A stretch of DNA of 64,000 nt from Iphione sp. A-MEVVRFRX5 (taxonomy: Eukaryota), in assembly GCA_976226885.1 (NCBI GenBank), contig OZ320319.1, positions 36,828,001-36,892,000 on the forward strand, written 5' to 3'. Shown piece by piece: positions 62,811 to 64,000 of this stretch (positions are counted from its first letter, which is position 1; each line of letters opens with the position of its first letter). Under the pieces are notes generated by a model that saw only the letters and a list, made by a program, of their open reading frames with translations, had not been told where the DNA came from and did not search any database. The position numbers and the translations under genes were made by a program.

Positions 62811-62945
62811 GGGGGTATCGGGCGATACCCCCAGAGCAATTAATATTTATTGGCCTTTATGGGAATAGAAAAAAAATAGTTCCACCTCTGTGGTATCAGG
62901 GGTATCGTCCGATACCCCCCACAAAACTTCCTGGCTAGGGGCCTG
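62811..62945. mobile_element. MITE/foldback-like fragment with two copies of a GGGGGTATCG-NN-CGATACCCCC hairpin
   Basis: Hairpins at 62811-62832 and 62899-62918, followed by CTGGCTAGGGGCCTG (possible terminal repeat). No matching left end was seen. Confidence 0.4.
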
Positions 62946-64000
62946 AAGTTGTTCCTACAAAAGCACTCGGTCTGTTTTGTGTTCGTTATCTTTTCAGAGA
63001 ATCACGAGTGTGTGGAACAGTGCTTCAGCCTTAATTGCTACTTCTTTTTAGCGAGTGTTTTCAAGATCGCCTTTCTCGTTTTCTGTAGTGAAGGTCTTAT
63101 GTCAACGTATTGCTTCATTTTTGCTCTTTGTTAACAACAACAGCAACAATTACAAATTTACATCGCACAGGCAGCAGAAAGCAGAAAAGAACACATATAA
63201 AATGAACAATACAAGATGCTTAAAATGACAGCCTTTTACAAAATGATGCCGCTTTGGCTTTCACTTAGCAAAACTTGTTATGTAGGTCACAGCCAATAGT
63301 TTGCATATTTTAATAAAGCTTTACGCTAAAGCTGTAAGTAGTGTTTACCACAGGGCGGAGGGAATACATGTATGTACTTTGGCATCTGCAAATACTTCAT
63401 ATATCTCGTAGAGAGGTCACTAAATTTAGCATTTTTAACGGTTACTAGTACTGGTCTTGGCTGTATCTCAACTTGTGGACATCGCCTGTGGTGTGTTGAA
63501 GTCCGTCTCTTAAATGTCACGTGCTTCAGATGCAGCTAAGTATAACTGGGAAAATACTGTTTCGAGTTAAACACCCCAAAAAAAAGAGAGAAAAAAAAGC
63601 TCGACGCGCTCAAGATTCAATTTTCAGGAAGTCCGCCTAGTGTAAAGAAAGAACATATGCAAACTTATGAGACATTATGCAGCTTTGTAGAGTGCCAGAT
63701 ATTCGACTTGACTTGACAGCGGAAAGGTGAATATGTAGATCTAATTCTCCTGCTTTGTGCCAGTCTCAATCTCGTTCGTGGGATGCACAATGTGTGTTCC
63801 TTTACTCGTACCAGCCTGACTCAATGGATCACGCAGGAGCTGCATTAAGAGGCTTTATTCTGGCTACATAAACACGTACAGACAAGATATACACGCAGAA
63901 ACGAAAGATCAGATGAGTTGTGCTTTTCATCCTTCCCCGTGAAGTTCCCCCCTCCAGTTTTGTACAAATCCACATGCCGTTTTCAGAGAAGTTAATCATT

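Noticed and set aside
1-64000. CRISPR arrays, rRNA, tRNA or tRNA-derived SINEs, operons
   Set aside because: No regularly spaced repeat-spacer array, no rRNA-like conserved blocks and no convincing cloverleaf or A/B-box pair were seen. The DNA is intron-containing eukaryotic sequence.

Overview
Eukaryotic (metazoan) genomic DNA, roughly 40-45% GC by eye. It has spliceosomal introns, microsatellites, decayed transposon remnants and a strong excess of TACATGTA, which suggests a marine invertebrate, possibly lancelet-like (inference only). No rRNA, tRNA, CRISPR array or prokaryotic-style gene was seen, and most listed ORFs are chance or shadow frames. The one well-supported gene is on the + strand. 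I assembled it by hand from GT-AG exons whose phases all match: 33269-33384, 44989-45152, 45499-45526, 45785-45968, 47652-48095, 53008-53178, then 55087-55247. It encodes a PH domain, a Pro/Tyr/Gln/Gly-rich region with PPxY motifs and a Gly-zipper hydrophobic tail, which is an evectin/PLEKHB-like architecture. Its first coding exon was not identified. The most interesting signals concern this gene's RNA processing. (1) A second, paralogous last exon (60171-60358) has the same phase and also ends GSFGSFD*, but it lacks the hydrophobic segment and carries five WG motifs. (2) The coding signal shifts +1 exactly at that exon's stop codon into an Asp/Gly-rich frame. (3) A candidate mutually exclusive PH exon lies at 37279-37367. 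(4) A textbook recursive-splice (ratchet) motif lies near the middle of the 11.6-kb intron. Remnants of a Tc1-like transposase and a CR1/L2-like LINE, a duplicated pseudo-exon and two promoter-like motif clusters were also noted, at lower confidence.
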